A stretch of 64,000 nucleotides of DNA from an uncultured Trueperaceae bacterium (GTDB taxonomy: Bacteria > Deinococcota > Deinococci > Deinococcales > Trueperaceae). Shown piece after piece: positions 10,041 to 19,131 of the stretch. The stretch lies in assembly GCA_963727505.1 (NCBI GenBank), contig CAVSGP010000004.1, positions 640,001 through 704,000 of the forward strand. The letters are read 5' to 3'. The position numbers and the translations under genes were made by a program. The notes beneath the pieces were generated by a model, which did not search any database, was not told where the DNA came from, and saw nothing but the letters and a program-made list of their open reading frames with translations. Position 1 is the first letter of the stretch. Each line of letters starts with the position of its first letter.

Positions 10041-10658
10041 TCAGTTGCCCTTGGGTCGGGGTCGCCGGACCGTCTCCAGGTAGGGGTAACTCTCGAGCAG
10101 GTGCCGGTAGTCCTGGAACAGCTTCACCGCCTCGTGCTGGTCGGTCGGGAGCTCCCGGATCCGGAGGTACGCCGTCTCCCCGGCTGGCAGAACGAACGTC
10201 GGCGTGCCGAAGACGTCGCGCGCCGCTGCGTAATGGTGCTCCTGAGCGAGAACGGTGCGGCACTCGGGGTTGGTCAGATCGTCGGTGAAGCGCGGCACGT
10301 GGAGACCATTGCAGTCGGCGACCTCGTCGATGGTCGCGCGGTTCAGGGGTCGGTGGTCGCGATGACGTGCGCGCAGCAAGCCCAGCCGGAAGGCCGCGAA
10401 GGCGTCGGGCCCCTGCTTCCGGGCCGCCTGCGACGCCAGGAAGGGAAGCAAACCCTTGCTGCCCATGTCGTCATCCGGGTCGATCGGCTCGTTCCACAGC
10501 TGCCAGCGCTCGCGCGGGTCGTGGTTGAACTGGTAGAGGCTGAAGTGGCGCCACTCGAAGACCAGGTCGAGGGGGCCTGCTACCCACTCCACCAGTTCCG
10601 CCGCGCGCCACGAGTACGGGCAGGTGTAGTCGAAGAAGACGGTGACCCCTTCCGGCAT
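10041..10658 (-). CDS. DsbA/thioredoxin-fold protein with CPYS motif
   Basis: VFFDYTCPYSW and VFGTPTF (cis-Pro loop). Confidence 0.75.
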   Translation of the reverse strand: MPEGVTVFFDYTCPYSWRAAELVEWVAGPLDLVFEWRHFSLYQFNHDPRERWQLWNEPIDPDDDMGSKGLLPFLASQAARKQGPDAFAAFRLGLLRARHRDHRPLNRATIDEVADCNGLHVPRFTDDLTNPECRTVLAQEHHYAAARDVFGTPTFVLPAGETAYLRIRELPTDQHEAVKLFQDYRHLLESYPYLETVRRPRPKGN

Positions 10659-10787
10659 AGGACCATTACAAACCGGCCTCCAGTTCGCTCGGGTAGCGCC
10701 CATGACAGCCGTCCAGGGCGTGCGCGATGCGCACGCATGGCGCCTGCACCGGAACGGCCGGAGGCGTGCGGGGCCGCCCCCGCGCCG

Positions 10788-11087
10788 TCAGTTCGACTCG
10801 TCGGGATCCGAACGGGGCGGTTCCGGGATGGGGCCGTGATGCTCTTCGAAGCGCCGGATGTTCTCCTCCAGGCTCCGCAACAGCGCCTTGGCGTGACGCG
10901 GGCTGGTGATGACGCGGGCGGTAACCACGGGCGCCTGCTGCGGGTACGCCAGCGCGAAGTCCACGATGAACTCGTCGTGGGTGTGGGTGATGATGGCGAG
11001 GTTGGCATAGTGCCCCCGCGCCACCTCCGGCGGGATCTCCAGGTGGAACTCGTTCACACCCTCAGCGTACTCGTCCCGTCCGCTCAA
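10788..11087 (-). CDS. DUF3467 domain protein
   Basis: EVARGHYANLAIITHTHDEFIVDF...VTARVITSPRHAKALLRSLEENIRRFE..HGPI; TTG start overlaps upstream stop (TTGA). Confidence 0.8.
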   Translation of the reverse strand: MSGRDEYAEGVNEFHLEIPPEVARGHYANLAIITHTHDEFIVDFALAYPQQAPVVTARVITSPRHAKALLRSLEENIRRFEEHHGPIPEPPRSDPDESN

Positions 11088-11485
11088 GACGCCTCGAGCC
11101 GTCCCAACGCCTCGGCCAGTGCCGGCAGCCGTCGCTTGAGCTGGAACCGCACCCTGCCGAGGTCGGTGACGTCGGCGAGCCCAACCACCGCCACGTGCTC
11201 CGGTTCCATCTCTGCCCCGCCGTCGACGGGCGCGAGCAAGACGGGCCCTTTTTCGTACTCCACAAGCGTCTGCTGCACCGCGGCGTCGCCGAGCAAGCCT
11301 CCGAGGGCCCGGCTCGATGCCAGCGCGGTCGGCACCAGCTCCTGCAGCGCACGCAACACATCCTCGCCCAGCGCCAGGCCGTCGACCAAGGAGCCGTCGG
11401 CGCCGGCGACCGCCACGCTGGTGACGCCTCGGATCCCGAGGATCTCGCGCAGGACGTCCTTCAAGGTCGCCTCCGGAACGCTCAC
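11084..11485 (-). CDS. Roadblock/LC7 (MglB-like) domain protein
   Basis: IRGVTSVAVAGADGSLV...VEYEKGPVLL...DLGRVRFQL. Confidence 0.75.
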   Translation of the reverse strand: MSVPEATLKDVLREILGIRGVTSVAVAGADGSLVDGLALGEDVLRALQELVPTALASSRALGGLLGDAAVQQTLVEYEKGPVLLAPVDGGAEMEPEHVAVVGLADVTDLGRVRFQLKRRLPALAEALGRLEAS

Positions 11486-11847
11486 GCGGCGCCTCCGAGC
11501 GCATCGCGCAGCGACACCACGGCGGCCCGCGCGACCTCGAGCGCGCCGGAGGCCTCGTCGCCTGCCAACACGAGGGCGAGAGCGTGCTCGCCGAGCAACA
11601 GGCAGGTCAGGCGGTAACCGGGCGCCCGTACCGTGATCTCGTTGGCCTCGCCCAGCATCAGCCGGTCGGCAGCCGACCGGCAGGCCTCTGCCAGCGCACC
11701 CCCCTCGGCCGCCAGTACGTCGGCCCGCACACCGTGGCCGACCATCTCCACGGGCAGGCCGTCGCGCGTCAGCACCAGCGCCGCCACCACACCGCCTTCC
11801 TCCCCGAGCGGCGCAAGGGCTTCGCGCAGGCGCGCCTGTGCGCTCAT
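11482..11847 (-). CDS. Roadblock/LC7 domain protein
   Basis: GVVAALVLTRDGLPV...LAAEG...LGEANEITV. Confidence 0.75.
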   Translation of the reverse strand: MSAQARLREALAPLGEEGGVVAALVLTRDGLPVEMVGHGVRADVLAAEGGALAEACRSAADRLMLGEANEITVRAPGYRLTCLLLGEHALALVLAGDEASGALEVARAAVVSLRDALGGAA

Positions 11848-11956
11848 GCGAAGCTCCCCTCGATCTTGCGGGCCGCTTCGCCGGTGTGCAGGCGCGCCTG
11901 TGCGCTCATGCGAAGCTCCCCTCGATCTTGCGGGCCGCTTCGCCGGTGTGCAGGCG
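11826..11956. repeat. Perfect 62-bp tandem duplication spanning a roadblock gene junction
   Basis: 11826-11887 = 11888-11949, followed by a third GCAGGCG at 11950-11956. Confidence 0.95.
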
Positions 11957-12268
11957 GGCCTTGCCGACGTTGCCGTGGCGGTTGAGGACCAGCAGACAGA
12001 AGAGGTTGCCCTCCAGCAAGCGGGCGTAGGCGATGCGCCGGTCGCTGGTGACGATCACTTCGTGCAACGGGCCGCCACCGAGGTGCTCGCTCACGGTGCT
12101 CGATAACCCCGTCAGGGCGTTGGTGAGCTCGGCGACCACGCCTGCGAGCTCGGTGCTCTCACGGGGGGACTGCTCGATCACAAGACCGTCCATTCCGGCA
12201 ACGGCGGCGGCGAGGCACCCGTCCACCCCCTGCACGAGCTGCGCGAGGATCTCCTCCATGTCCTGCAC
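11906..12268 (-). CDS. Roadblock/LC7 domain protein
   Basis: VDGCLAAAVAGMDGLVIE...GNVGKARL; TAGAAT -10 lies 7 nt before GTG 12268 (alternative ATG 12259). Confidence 0.8.
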   Translation of the reverse strand: MQDMEEILAQLVQGVDGCLAAAVAGMDGLVIEQSPRESTELAGVVAELTNALTGLSSTVSEHLGGGPLHEVIVTSDRRIAYARLLEGNLFCLLVLNRHGNVGKARLHTGEAARKIEGSFA

Positions 12269-12420
12269 AGGCGGGATTCTAGCACGCCACCGCGCCTCGC
12301 TCCCGTTCAACCTTTCATAGTTGCAGCCTCACCCGAGCCGCGCGCCGGCCCGCGTCTGTCGTGTCCGGGGGCACCCCGGCGCAAAGGTCGCGCGCCTCAC
12401 GCTCCTGGTATCGTGACCCG

Positions 12421-13146
12421 ATGACACCGTTGCACGTTCGCGCCCACCAGGACGACGTCGCCCCCTTCGTGTTGCTCCCCGGCGACCCGGACCGGGCGCG
12501 ACGCATCGCGGAACGCTTCTTCGACGACGCCCGGCCCATCAACACGTACCGCCAGCTTCTCGGCTTCAGCGGTCACTACAAGGGCATGCCGGTCACTGTG
12601 CAGACCACCGGGATGGGCTGTCCCAGCCTCGCCATCGTGGTCGAGGAGCTGATCCAGCTCGGCGCCCGGACGCTGGTGCGCGTGGGCACCTGCGGCACCG
12701 TCGCCAGCGGCCTCGCTCCCGGCGACCTGGTGGTGGCCGTGTCCAGCATCCCCCGCGACGGCACCACCGCCACGTACCTCCACGGCGAGCCCTACGCTCC
12801 CACCGCAGACTTCGTGGTCACCCGCGCGTTGGTGGAGGCAGCCGAGGCGTCGGGTCGGCGCCCTGCCGTCGGCCTCATCCAGACCGAGGACGCCTTCTAC
12901 GCCACCGCACCCGAGGACGTCCCCGCCCTGGCGACGAAGGGCGTGCTGGCCGTGGAGATGGAGGCCTCCGCGCTGTTCACGCTGGGAGCGCTGCGGGGCG
13001 TGCGCACCGGCTGCGCGCTGGTGGCCAGCAACGCCATCGGAGACCCCAGGTTCGTGGACCCCGAGGTGCTCAACCAGGCTGTCGACGGCATGGTGGAGAC
13101 CGCGCTGGAGGCCGGGCTTGCCCTCCAGGAGGGCGGCGAGCCGTGA
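12421..13146 (+). CDS. Purine/uridine nucleoside phosphorylase (NP-I family)
   Basis: LLPGDPDRA, TTGMGCPS, RVGTCG, AVEMEAS. Confidence 0.88.
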   Translation: MTPLHVRAHQDDVAPFVLLPGDPDRARRIAERFFDDARPINTYRQLLGFSGHYKGMPVTVQTTGMGCPSLAIVVEELIQLGARTLVRVGTCGTVASGLAPGDLVVAVSSIPRDGTTATYLHGEPYAPTADFVVTRALVEAAEASGRRPAVGLIQTEDAFYATAPEDVPALATKGVLAVEMEASALFTLGALRGVRTGCALVASNAIGDPRFVDPEVLNQAVDGMVETALEAGLALQEGGEP

Positions 13147-13237
13147 GCCACCGGCGGCACGTACGCCGCCGACAGGACCGCCATCGCGCGCGGGGCGGCA
13201 GGTGCGCCCCCGCTCCCGCGCTGGGAAAGGACGACGC

Positions 13238-14080
13238 ATGAACGTAGCCGTGATCGGAGCAGGAACGATGGGGTCCGGGATCGCGCAGACCTGCGCGGTG
13301 GCTGGGCACGACGTGGTGCTGTGCGACGTGGCTCCCGGAGTGCTGGACCGTGCCGAGCGGGCGATCGCCTCCAGCCTCGGCCGGCTGGTGAAGAAGGAGG
13401 CACTCGGTCAGAGCGACGCGGACGAGGCACGCGGTCGCATCGCCATGCGCGACCGCCTCGAAGGCCTCGAGGAGGCCGGCGTCGTCATCGAAGCCGTGTA
13501 CGAGTCGCTCGAGGTGAAGCGCGACGTCTGGGGCCGGCTCGCGGCGGCCACCAGCGAAGGCGCCCTGCTCGCCACCAACACCTCCAGCCTATCGGTCACC
13601 GAGGTAGCGGGTTTCAGCGGCCGGCCGGAGCGATTCTGCGGCATGCACTTCTTCAACCCGGTGCCGGTCATGGCGCTGGTCGAGGTCGTGCGCGGGCTGC
13701 GCTCTTCCGACGAGACGGTGGAACAGGCGCGCGCCTTCGCCGAGGGGATCGGGAAGACCCCCATCGTGTGCGAGGACAAGCCGGGATTCATCGTCAACCG
13801 CCTGCTCATCCCCTACCTGAACGACGCCGTACACGCGCTGTCCGAGGGGGTTGCGTCGGCCGAGGACATCGACAGAGCGATGAAGCTGGGGGCGAACATG
13901 CCCATCGGGCCACTGGCGCTCTCGGATCTGGTGGGACTGGACGTCGGGCTGGCCGCCACCGAAGCGCTGTTCGCCGAGTTCGGCGACCCCAAGTACCGGC
14001 CCGCACCGCTCATGCGCCAGATGGTGCGCGCCGGCAAACTCGGCCGCAAGAGCGGCGAGGGCTTCTTCCGCTACGATTGA
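13238..14080 (+). CDS. 3-hydroxyacyl(butyryl)-CoA dehydrogenase
   Basis: GAGTMGSGIA, ATNTSSL, GMHFFNPVP, PGFIVNRLL, LGRKSGEGFF. Confidence 0.92.
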   Translation: MNVAVIGAGTMGSGIAQTCAVAGHDVVLCDVAPGVLDRAERAIASSLGRLVKKEALGQSDADEARGRIAMRDRLEGLEEAGVVIEAVYESLEVKRDVWGRLAAATSEGALLATNTSSLSVTEVAGFSGRPERFCGMHFFNPVPVMALVEVVRGLRSSDETVEQARAFAEGIGKTPIVCEDKPGFIVNRLLIPYLNDAVHALSEGVASAEDIDRAMKLGANMPIGPLALSDLVGLDVGLAATEALFAEFGDPKYRPAPLMRQMVRAGKLGRKSGEGFFRYD

Positions 14081-14113
14081 GGGGAACCCCCTTCCCCGCC
14101 ACCGGAGGCTTGC

Positions 14114-14917
14114 ATGAGCGATCAGGAACCCTACGAGGATTTCACCTTCGAGAATCTCCGCTACGAGGTCGACGACGGCATCGCCGTGATCACCGTCGAC
14201 CGCCAGGAAGCGCTCAACGCCCTCAACGACGAGGTGCTCACGGAGCTGTCGTTCGCCTTCGAGTTGGCCGAGGCCGACCTCGAGGTGCGAGCGCTCGTCC
14301 TGACCGGCGCCGGGCGCGCGTTCGTGGCAGGGGCCGACATCGCAGCCCTGCAACGCCTGTCGGACACCTTCGCGGGCCGCGAGGCGTCTCTCGCCGGCCA
14401 GGACCTGACCAACACCCTGGCTGCGCTGCCGATCCCCACCATCGCTGCGCTCAACGGCTTTGCGCTCGGCGGGGGGCTGGAGCTTGCGCTCGCCGCCGAC
14501 CTGCGGGTCGCCTCGCCGAAGGCCCGGCTGGGGCTCCCCGAGGTCGGCCTGGGCCTCATCCCCGGCTACGGCGGGACGCAGCGCCTACCGCGCCTCATCG
14601 GACAGGGTCGCGCTCTCGACCTCATCTTCACCGGCCGTCAGGTCGGGGCCGAGGAGGCGCTCGCCATGGGACTGGTCAACCGCATCGCCGATGATGCCCT
14701 GGAGGGCGCCAAGGAGCTGGCGCGCCTCACCATGCGCAAGGCGCCCATCGCTCTCGGCCTGGCCAAGGAGGCAGTGGTGCGCGGACTGGACGTGACCCTC
14801 AACCAGGGGCTGGAGATCGAGGCCGACCTCTTCGGCATGGCGACGACCACCGAGGACATGAAGGAGGGAACCTCCGCGTTCCTCGAGAAGCGCGATCCGG
14901 AGTTCAGCGGGCAGTAG
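14114..14917 (+). CDS. Enoyl-CoA hydratase (crotonase family)
   Basis: AFVAGADI, ALGGGLELA, GLPEVGLGLIPGYGGTQRL. Confidence 0.92.
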   Translation: MSDQEPYEDFTFENLRYEVDDGIAVITVDRQEALNALNDEVLTELSFAFELAEADLEVRALVLTGAGRAFVAGADIAALQRLSDTFAGREASLAGQDLTNTLAALPIPTIAALNGFALGGGLELALAADLRVASPKARLGLPEVGLGLIPGYGGTQRLPRLIGQGRALDLIFTGRQVGAEEALAMGLVNRIADDALEGAKELARLTMRKAPIALGLAKEAVVRGLDVTLNQGLEIEADLFGMATTTEDMKEGTSAFLEKRDPEFSGQ

Positions 14918-14922
14918 GTGGT

Positions 14923-15786
14923 TCAGCCGGGATAGAGGCGCTCGAGGTGCTCGAGCGCCAGCCGGTCGATGCGGTCCTCATGGGTGAGGCGCTCCTCGAG
15001 GTTCTCGACCCCCGCCAGCGCGCGCAGCGCGCGCTGCGCGCCCTCGCCCCAGCCGTCCCCCGCGCGGTGGCGGCCGGAGCGCTCCAGCACGCGTAGCAAC
15101 CGCTCCAGCACCGCACCCTCCAGCGGCAGAAGGTCCTCCTCACGGGGACGCTCGAAGTAGAGGCTGTGGAGCTCCAGCAGCTCACGAAGCCGGCCCACGG
15201 GAGCGGCATGGTCGTCGACCCGGAGGTCGACGTAGCGATCGTTGAAGCCGCCGTAGCCCGCACCGGCACGGACCACCAGCAGGGCCGCGCCCTGCCGTCC
15301 GCGCCGGTCGCCGCCGGCCTCGTCGCCGGCGCGCAACGCCGCCACGAGCCGCTCCGCCAGCGAGCCACGCGTCGCCTCGAACGTGTCTGCCAGGCCATCG
15401 ACCACCTCGGGACCGGCGAGGAGGTTTCCCTGCGCCGCGAAGCCCGCGCGCGCCACGCCTCCCGCCCACGGGTGGCAGGCATCGCCGGTGAAGCTCAGAC
15501 TGCGCCCGGAGGCGTCCACCAGTCCGTACTGGCGCATGGCGTGCTGGTCGTCGGTGGCGGCGAACGACTCGTGGATCAGGTCGATGGGAACGCCCGCCCG
15601 CAGCGCGGCCATGGCGCGCGGGCCGTAGCTGGTGTTGGCGTAGCTCTGGGTCGCCACGGCGCCGACGTCCGCCTCGGCGAAGGGCACGACCGCTCCGACG
15701 GCAAGGAACTTCGACGCCACGGCGATGCCGAGGTCACCGCTCTGCGCATCGCGGGCCACGATGGAAAACGTGCTGACCGGTCGCAT
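14923..15786 (-). CDS. DUF1028 domain protein (Ntn-hydrolase-like)
   Basis: TFSIVARD...GIAVASKFLAVGAVVP...AQGNLL...GGDRRGRQ...DLRVDDH. Confidence 0.85.
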   Translation of the reverse strand: MRPVSTFSIVARDAQSGDLGIAVASKFLAVGAVVPFAEADVGAVATQSYANTSYGPRAMAALRAGVPIDLIHESFAATDDQHAMRQYGLVDASGRSLSFTGDACHPWAGGVARAGFAAQGNLLAGPEVVDGLADTFEATRGSLAERLVAALRAGDEAGGDRRGRQGAALLVVRAGAGYGGFNDRYVDLRVDDHAAPVGRLRELLELHSLYFERPREEDLLPLEGAVLERLLRVLERSGRHRAGDGWGEGAQRALRALAGVENLEERLTHEDRIDRLALEHLERLYPG

Positions 15787-15858
15787 GCGCATCACCCTAC
15801 CACCAGGTCCGCGGCGCGGCGGGCTCGGCACGCGCGTGCAGACGGTAGACTCGACGGC

Positions 15859-16902
15859 ATGGAAATTCTCGAACGACTCTCGGAGCTTGCCGGCGTCCCC
15901 GGCCGCGAGGAGCGCGTGCGCGCTTTCATCGAAGAGCACATCCGCGACCATGTCGATGATCTCGAGACCGACGCGCTCGGCAACCTGCATGCGGTCAAGC
16001 GCAGTGGCACGACGGGCGCCCCCGCGCTGATGGTTGCTGCCCACATGGACGAGATCGGCTTCGTGGTTCGCTTCATCGACGATCGCGGTTTCCTGCGCCT
16101 CCAGAGCGTGGGCGGCTTCGACCCGCGCAACCTGTTCGCCCGCCAGGTCACCGTGCACGGCTCCCTCAAGGGCCGGGAGCTGGTCGGCGTCCTCAACCCG
16201 GCCGGCAAGCCCGTCCACCTCTCCACGCCGGAGGAACGCAGCAAGGTGCCGCAGCTCGACACCTTCTTCGTCGACCTCGGGCTCGACGCAGAGCGGGTCC
16301 GGGAACTGGTGCGCGTCGGGGACATGGTCACGCTGCGCCAGCCCTTCGCCGACCTGGGCGACGTCGTGACCGGCAAGGCGCTCGACGACCGGGCGGGCTG
16401 CTGGATCCTGATGGAGGCGCTGAAGCGCGTGAAGGACCCGGCCATGGACGTACACGCGGTCTTCACGGTGCAGGAGGAGGTCGGACTGCGCGGCGCCGGC
16501 ACCGGGGCCTTCAAGGTCGCGCCCGACGTGGCGGTCGCGCTCGACACCACCCTGGCCGTCGATACGCCCGACAGCCGCGACGACCTGCGCGTCACCGAGC
16601 TCGGCAAGGGCACGGCGATCAAGGTGATGGACGGTGCGAGCATCAGCACCCGCTGGCTGGTCGACGCGTTCATCGCGCTGGCGGAGCGCCGCGAGGTGCC
16701 CTACCAGCTCGAAGTGCTACCGCTGGGCGGGACGGACGCCGCCGCCATGCAGCGCTCGCGCGAGGGTGTCCCGTCGATCACGCTCTCCACGCCGTCGCGC
16801 TACGTGCACACCGTCACCGAGATGGTGTCCAAGGCCGACCTCGACGCCGCCGTCTCGCTTCTCACGGCCGCTATCGAAGAGGGTATCGACATCGCGGCGT
16901 GA
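15859..16902 (+). CDS. M42 family aminopeptidase (second paralog)
   Basis: AHMDEIG, KALDDRAG, VQEEVGLRG, RYVHT; TAGACT -10 lies 7 nt before ATG. Confidence 0.9.
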   Translation: MEILERLSELAGVPGREERVRAFIEEHIRDHVDDLETDALGNLHAVKRSGTTGAPALMVAAHMDEIGFVVRFIDDRGFLRLQSVGGFDPRNLFARQVTVHGSLKGRELVGVLNPAGKPVHLSTPEERSKVPQLDTFFVDLGLDAERVRELVRVGDMVTLRQPFADLGDVVTGKALDDRAGCWILMEALKRVKDPAMDVHAVFTVQEEVGLRGAGTGAFKVAPDVAVALDTTLAVDTPDSRDDLRVTELGKGTAIKVMDGASISTRWLVDAFIALAERREVPYQLEVLPLGGTDAAAMQRSREGVPSITLSTPSRYVHTVTEMVSKADLDAAVSLLTAAIEEGIDIAA

Positions 16903-16974
16903 GCGTCTGCCGGCGCCATTCCCGAAGCCGACCCCCCGCTGAGGGCTGCATCAGCCCGGTGCTAGACTGACGCC

Positions 16975-17736
16975 GTGATCGTTGGCATCATCAGCGACGT
17001 CCACGCCAACGTCATCGCGTTGGAAGCGGTGCTCGAGCAGCTGAAGCTGCGTGGCGCGGAGACGGTCGTGTGCCTCGGCGATCTGGTCGGCTACGGCCCG
17101 GCGCCCAACGAGACCATCGACATGCTCCGGCGCGAGAGCGTGTTGTGCACGCTCGGCGCCGCCGACGAGCGCATCGCCTACGCGTTCGCACGCCGCAAGC
17201 TCCCCCGCCGCGGCGTCGCCGACGAGATCCTGGAGTGGACGCGCGAGGTCATCGAGCCGCGCCACGTCCACTTCCTGCAGACGCTCCCGGTCCAGCAACG
17301 CATCCACACGCCGGCCGGTCGCCTGCGGTTCTTCCACGGCAGCCCGGATGACCCCGCGGAGAAGCTCAACTTGAACCAGGATCCCATCTCGCTGTCGAAG
17401 TTGCTGCAGCGCCACCGCTGCTCCATCCTCGCCAGCGGGTCCACGCACGTGCCGTTCTACCGTAAGCTTCCCAACGGGCTGGTGATCAACCCCGGGTCCG
17501 TGGGGCTGTCGCTCAACGGGGAGCCCGGTGCGGACTACGCGCTGCTCACCATCACCGAGGAGTCCATCGCGGTGCACATGGACAAGGTGGAGTACGACTT
17601 CGCTGCGGTCGCGTTCGACATCGTGGCGTGGGGGCTGCCGTCGATGGTGGCGGAGGCGATCCAGATGGGTCGTCTGCCGGAGCCCATGAACGGCGAGGGC
17701 GAGGGGAACGGCGGCGCCGGCCCCTCCGGAAGCTGA
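16975..17736 (+). CDS. Calcineurin-like metallophosphoesterase family protein with degenerate metal motifs
   Basis: ISDVHAN, CLGDLVGYG, HGSP, INPGSVG present; GNHD position reads GAAD, GHTH position reads GSTH. Confidence 0.8.
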   Translation: MIVGIISDVHANVIALEAVLEQLKLRGAETVVCLGDLVGYGPAPNETIDMLRRESVLCTLGAADERIAYAFARRKLPRRGVADEILEWTREVIEPRHVHFLQTLPVQQRIHTPAGRLRFFHGSPDDPAEKLNLNQDPISLSKLLQRHRCSILASGSTHVPFYRKLPNGLVINPGSVGLSLNGEPGADYALLTITEESIAVHMDKVEYDFAAVAFDIVAWGLPSMVAEAIQMGRLPEPMNGEGEGNGGAGPSGS

Positions 17737-17804
17737 GCGGGAGCCGGCCTGGCATCGTTCCGAACCCGTACGTCCCGCCCGAAACGGCCGCCGCGACGCC
17801 CCGG

Positions 17805-18980
17805 TCAGGCGGTCTCGATGCCCATCGCCAGCGCCTCGCCACCGCCGATGCAGATCGACGCCATGCCGCGCCGACCGCCGCGACGCTTCAACGCGCTCAG
17901 AAGCGTCACGAGGATGCGGGCGCCGGACGCGCCGATGGGATGGCCGAGCGCCACCGCTCCGCCGAGGACGTTGACGCGCTCCTCGTCCAGACCGAACTCC
18001 TGCATGGCCGCCATCGGCACCACGCTGAACGCCTCGTTGATCTCGTAGGCGTCGACGCTGTCCGGTGACCAGTCGAGGCGTGCGAAGAGCGTCTTCATCG
18101 CTTCGACCGGCGCCACGGTGAACCACTCCGGTGCGAGCGCGTGGCCGCTGTAGCCGCGGATGTGCGCCAGCACCGGCATGCCGCGCTCCTTGGCGACCTC
18201 CTCGCTGGTGATCACCAGCGCCGCGGCCCCGTCGTTGATGGTCGAGGCATTCGCCGCCGTGACGGTGCCGTCCTTCTCGAAGGCGGGCCGCAGGCCGGGC
18301 ACCTTGTCGAAGTCGACCTTGGTCGGCCCCTCGTCCTCGCTCACGGTGGTGACGGCGCCGCGGCGACCGGGCACATCGACGGGAACGATCTCGCCGGCGA
18401 AGGTGCCGTCCTGCATGGCCTGCTGTGCACGCCGGTAGGACCGCAACGCGTAGGCGTCCTGCTGCTCGCGGGTGAAGTGGTAGCGGCCGGCGCAGAGCTC
18501 GGCGCACGCGCCCATGTGCTGGTCGCTGTAGACGTCCCAGAGCCCATCGAACACCATCGAGTCGACCAGGGTCTGGTTCCCCATGCGCAGCCCTCCGCGG
18601 GCGCCGGGGAGCAGGTAAGGAGCGTTGGTCATCGACTCCATCCCGCCGGCCACCACCACCTCTACGTCCCCGACGGCCACGGCACGCGCGGCCTGGATGA
18701 CGGCCTCCAGGCCGCTGCCGCACATCTTGTTGAGGGTGACGGCCGGAGTGCGTTGTCCCAGGTCGGCGTAGAGGGCCGCCTGCCGGGCAGGCGCCTGCCC
18801 CATCCCTGCGGGCAGCACGTTACCCATCAGTACCAGGTCGACGGCGTCGGCTGCGACCCCCGCACGCTCCACCGCCGCCCGCACGGCCGCGGCCCCGAGC
18901 TGCGAAGCCTTGAGCGGCGACAGGGCGCCTTGGAAGGCGCCCACCGGCGTGCGCACGGCAGATGCGATGACGATTCCCAT
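17805..18980 (-). CDS. Acetyl-CoA C-acetyltransferase (thiolase)
   Basis: NKMCGSG, EINEAF, LGHPIGASG, CIGGG. Confidence 0.93.
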   Translation of the reverse strand: MGIVIASAVRTPVGAFQGALSPLKASQLGAAAVRAAVERAGVAADAVDLVLMGNVLPAGMGQAPARQAALYADLGQRTPAVTLNKMCGSGLEAVIQAARAVAVGDVEVVVAGGMESMTNAPYLLPGARGGLRMGNQTLVDSMVFDGLWDVYSDQHMGACAELCAGRYHFTREQQDAYALRSYRRAQQAMQDGTFAGEIVPVDVPGRRGAVTTVSEDEGPTKVDFDKVPGLRPAFEKDGTVTAANASTINDGAAALVITSEEVAKERGMPVLAHIRGYSGHALAPEWFTVAPVEAMKTLFARLDWSPDSVDAYEINEAFSVVPMAAMQEFGLDEERVNVLGGAVALGHPIGASGARILVTLLSALKRRGGRRGMASICIGGGEALAMGIETA

Positions 18981-19131
18981 GGATGACCTCCAACGTCCGG
19001 CGCCGGCCGCCGCAGCGGGCCCGGCGCCGGGCTCGACCTTCAGTATAGGAAGGCCGGGCGGTGCGTCCGGGCTGTCGGCGCCACGTTCCCGACAACCGAC
19101 GGCGAGGCCCGCCACCGCAGCGGAAGCGACC

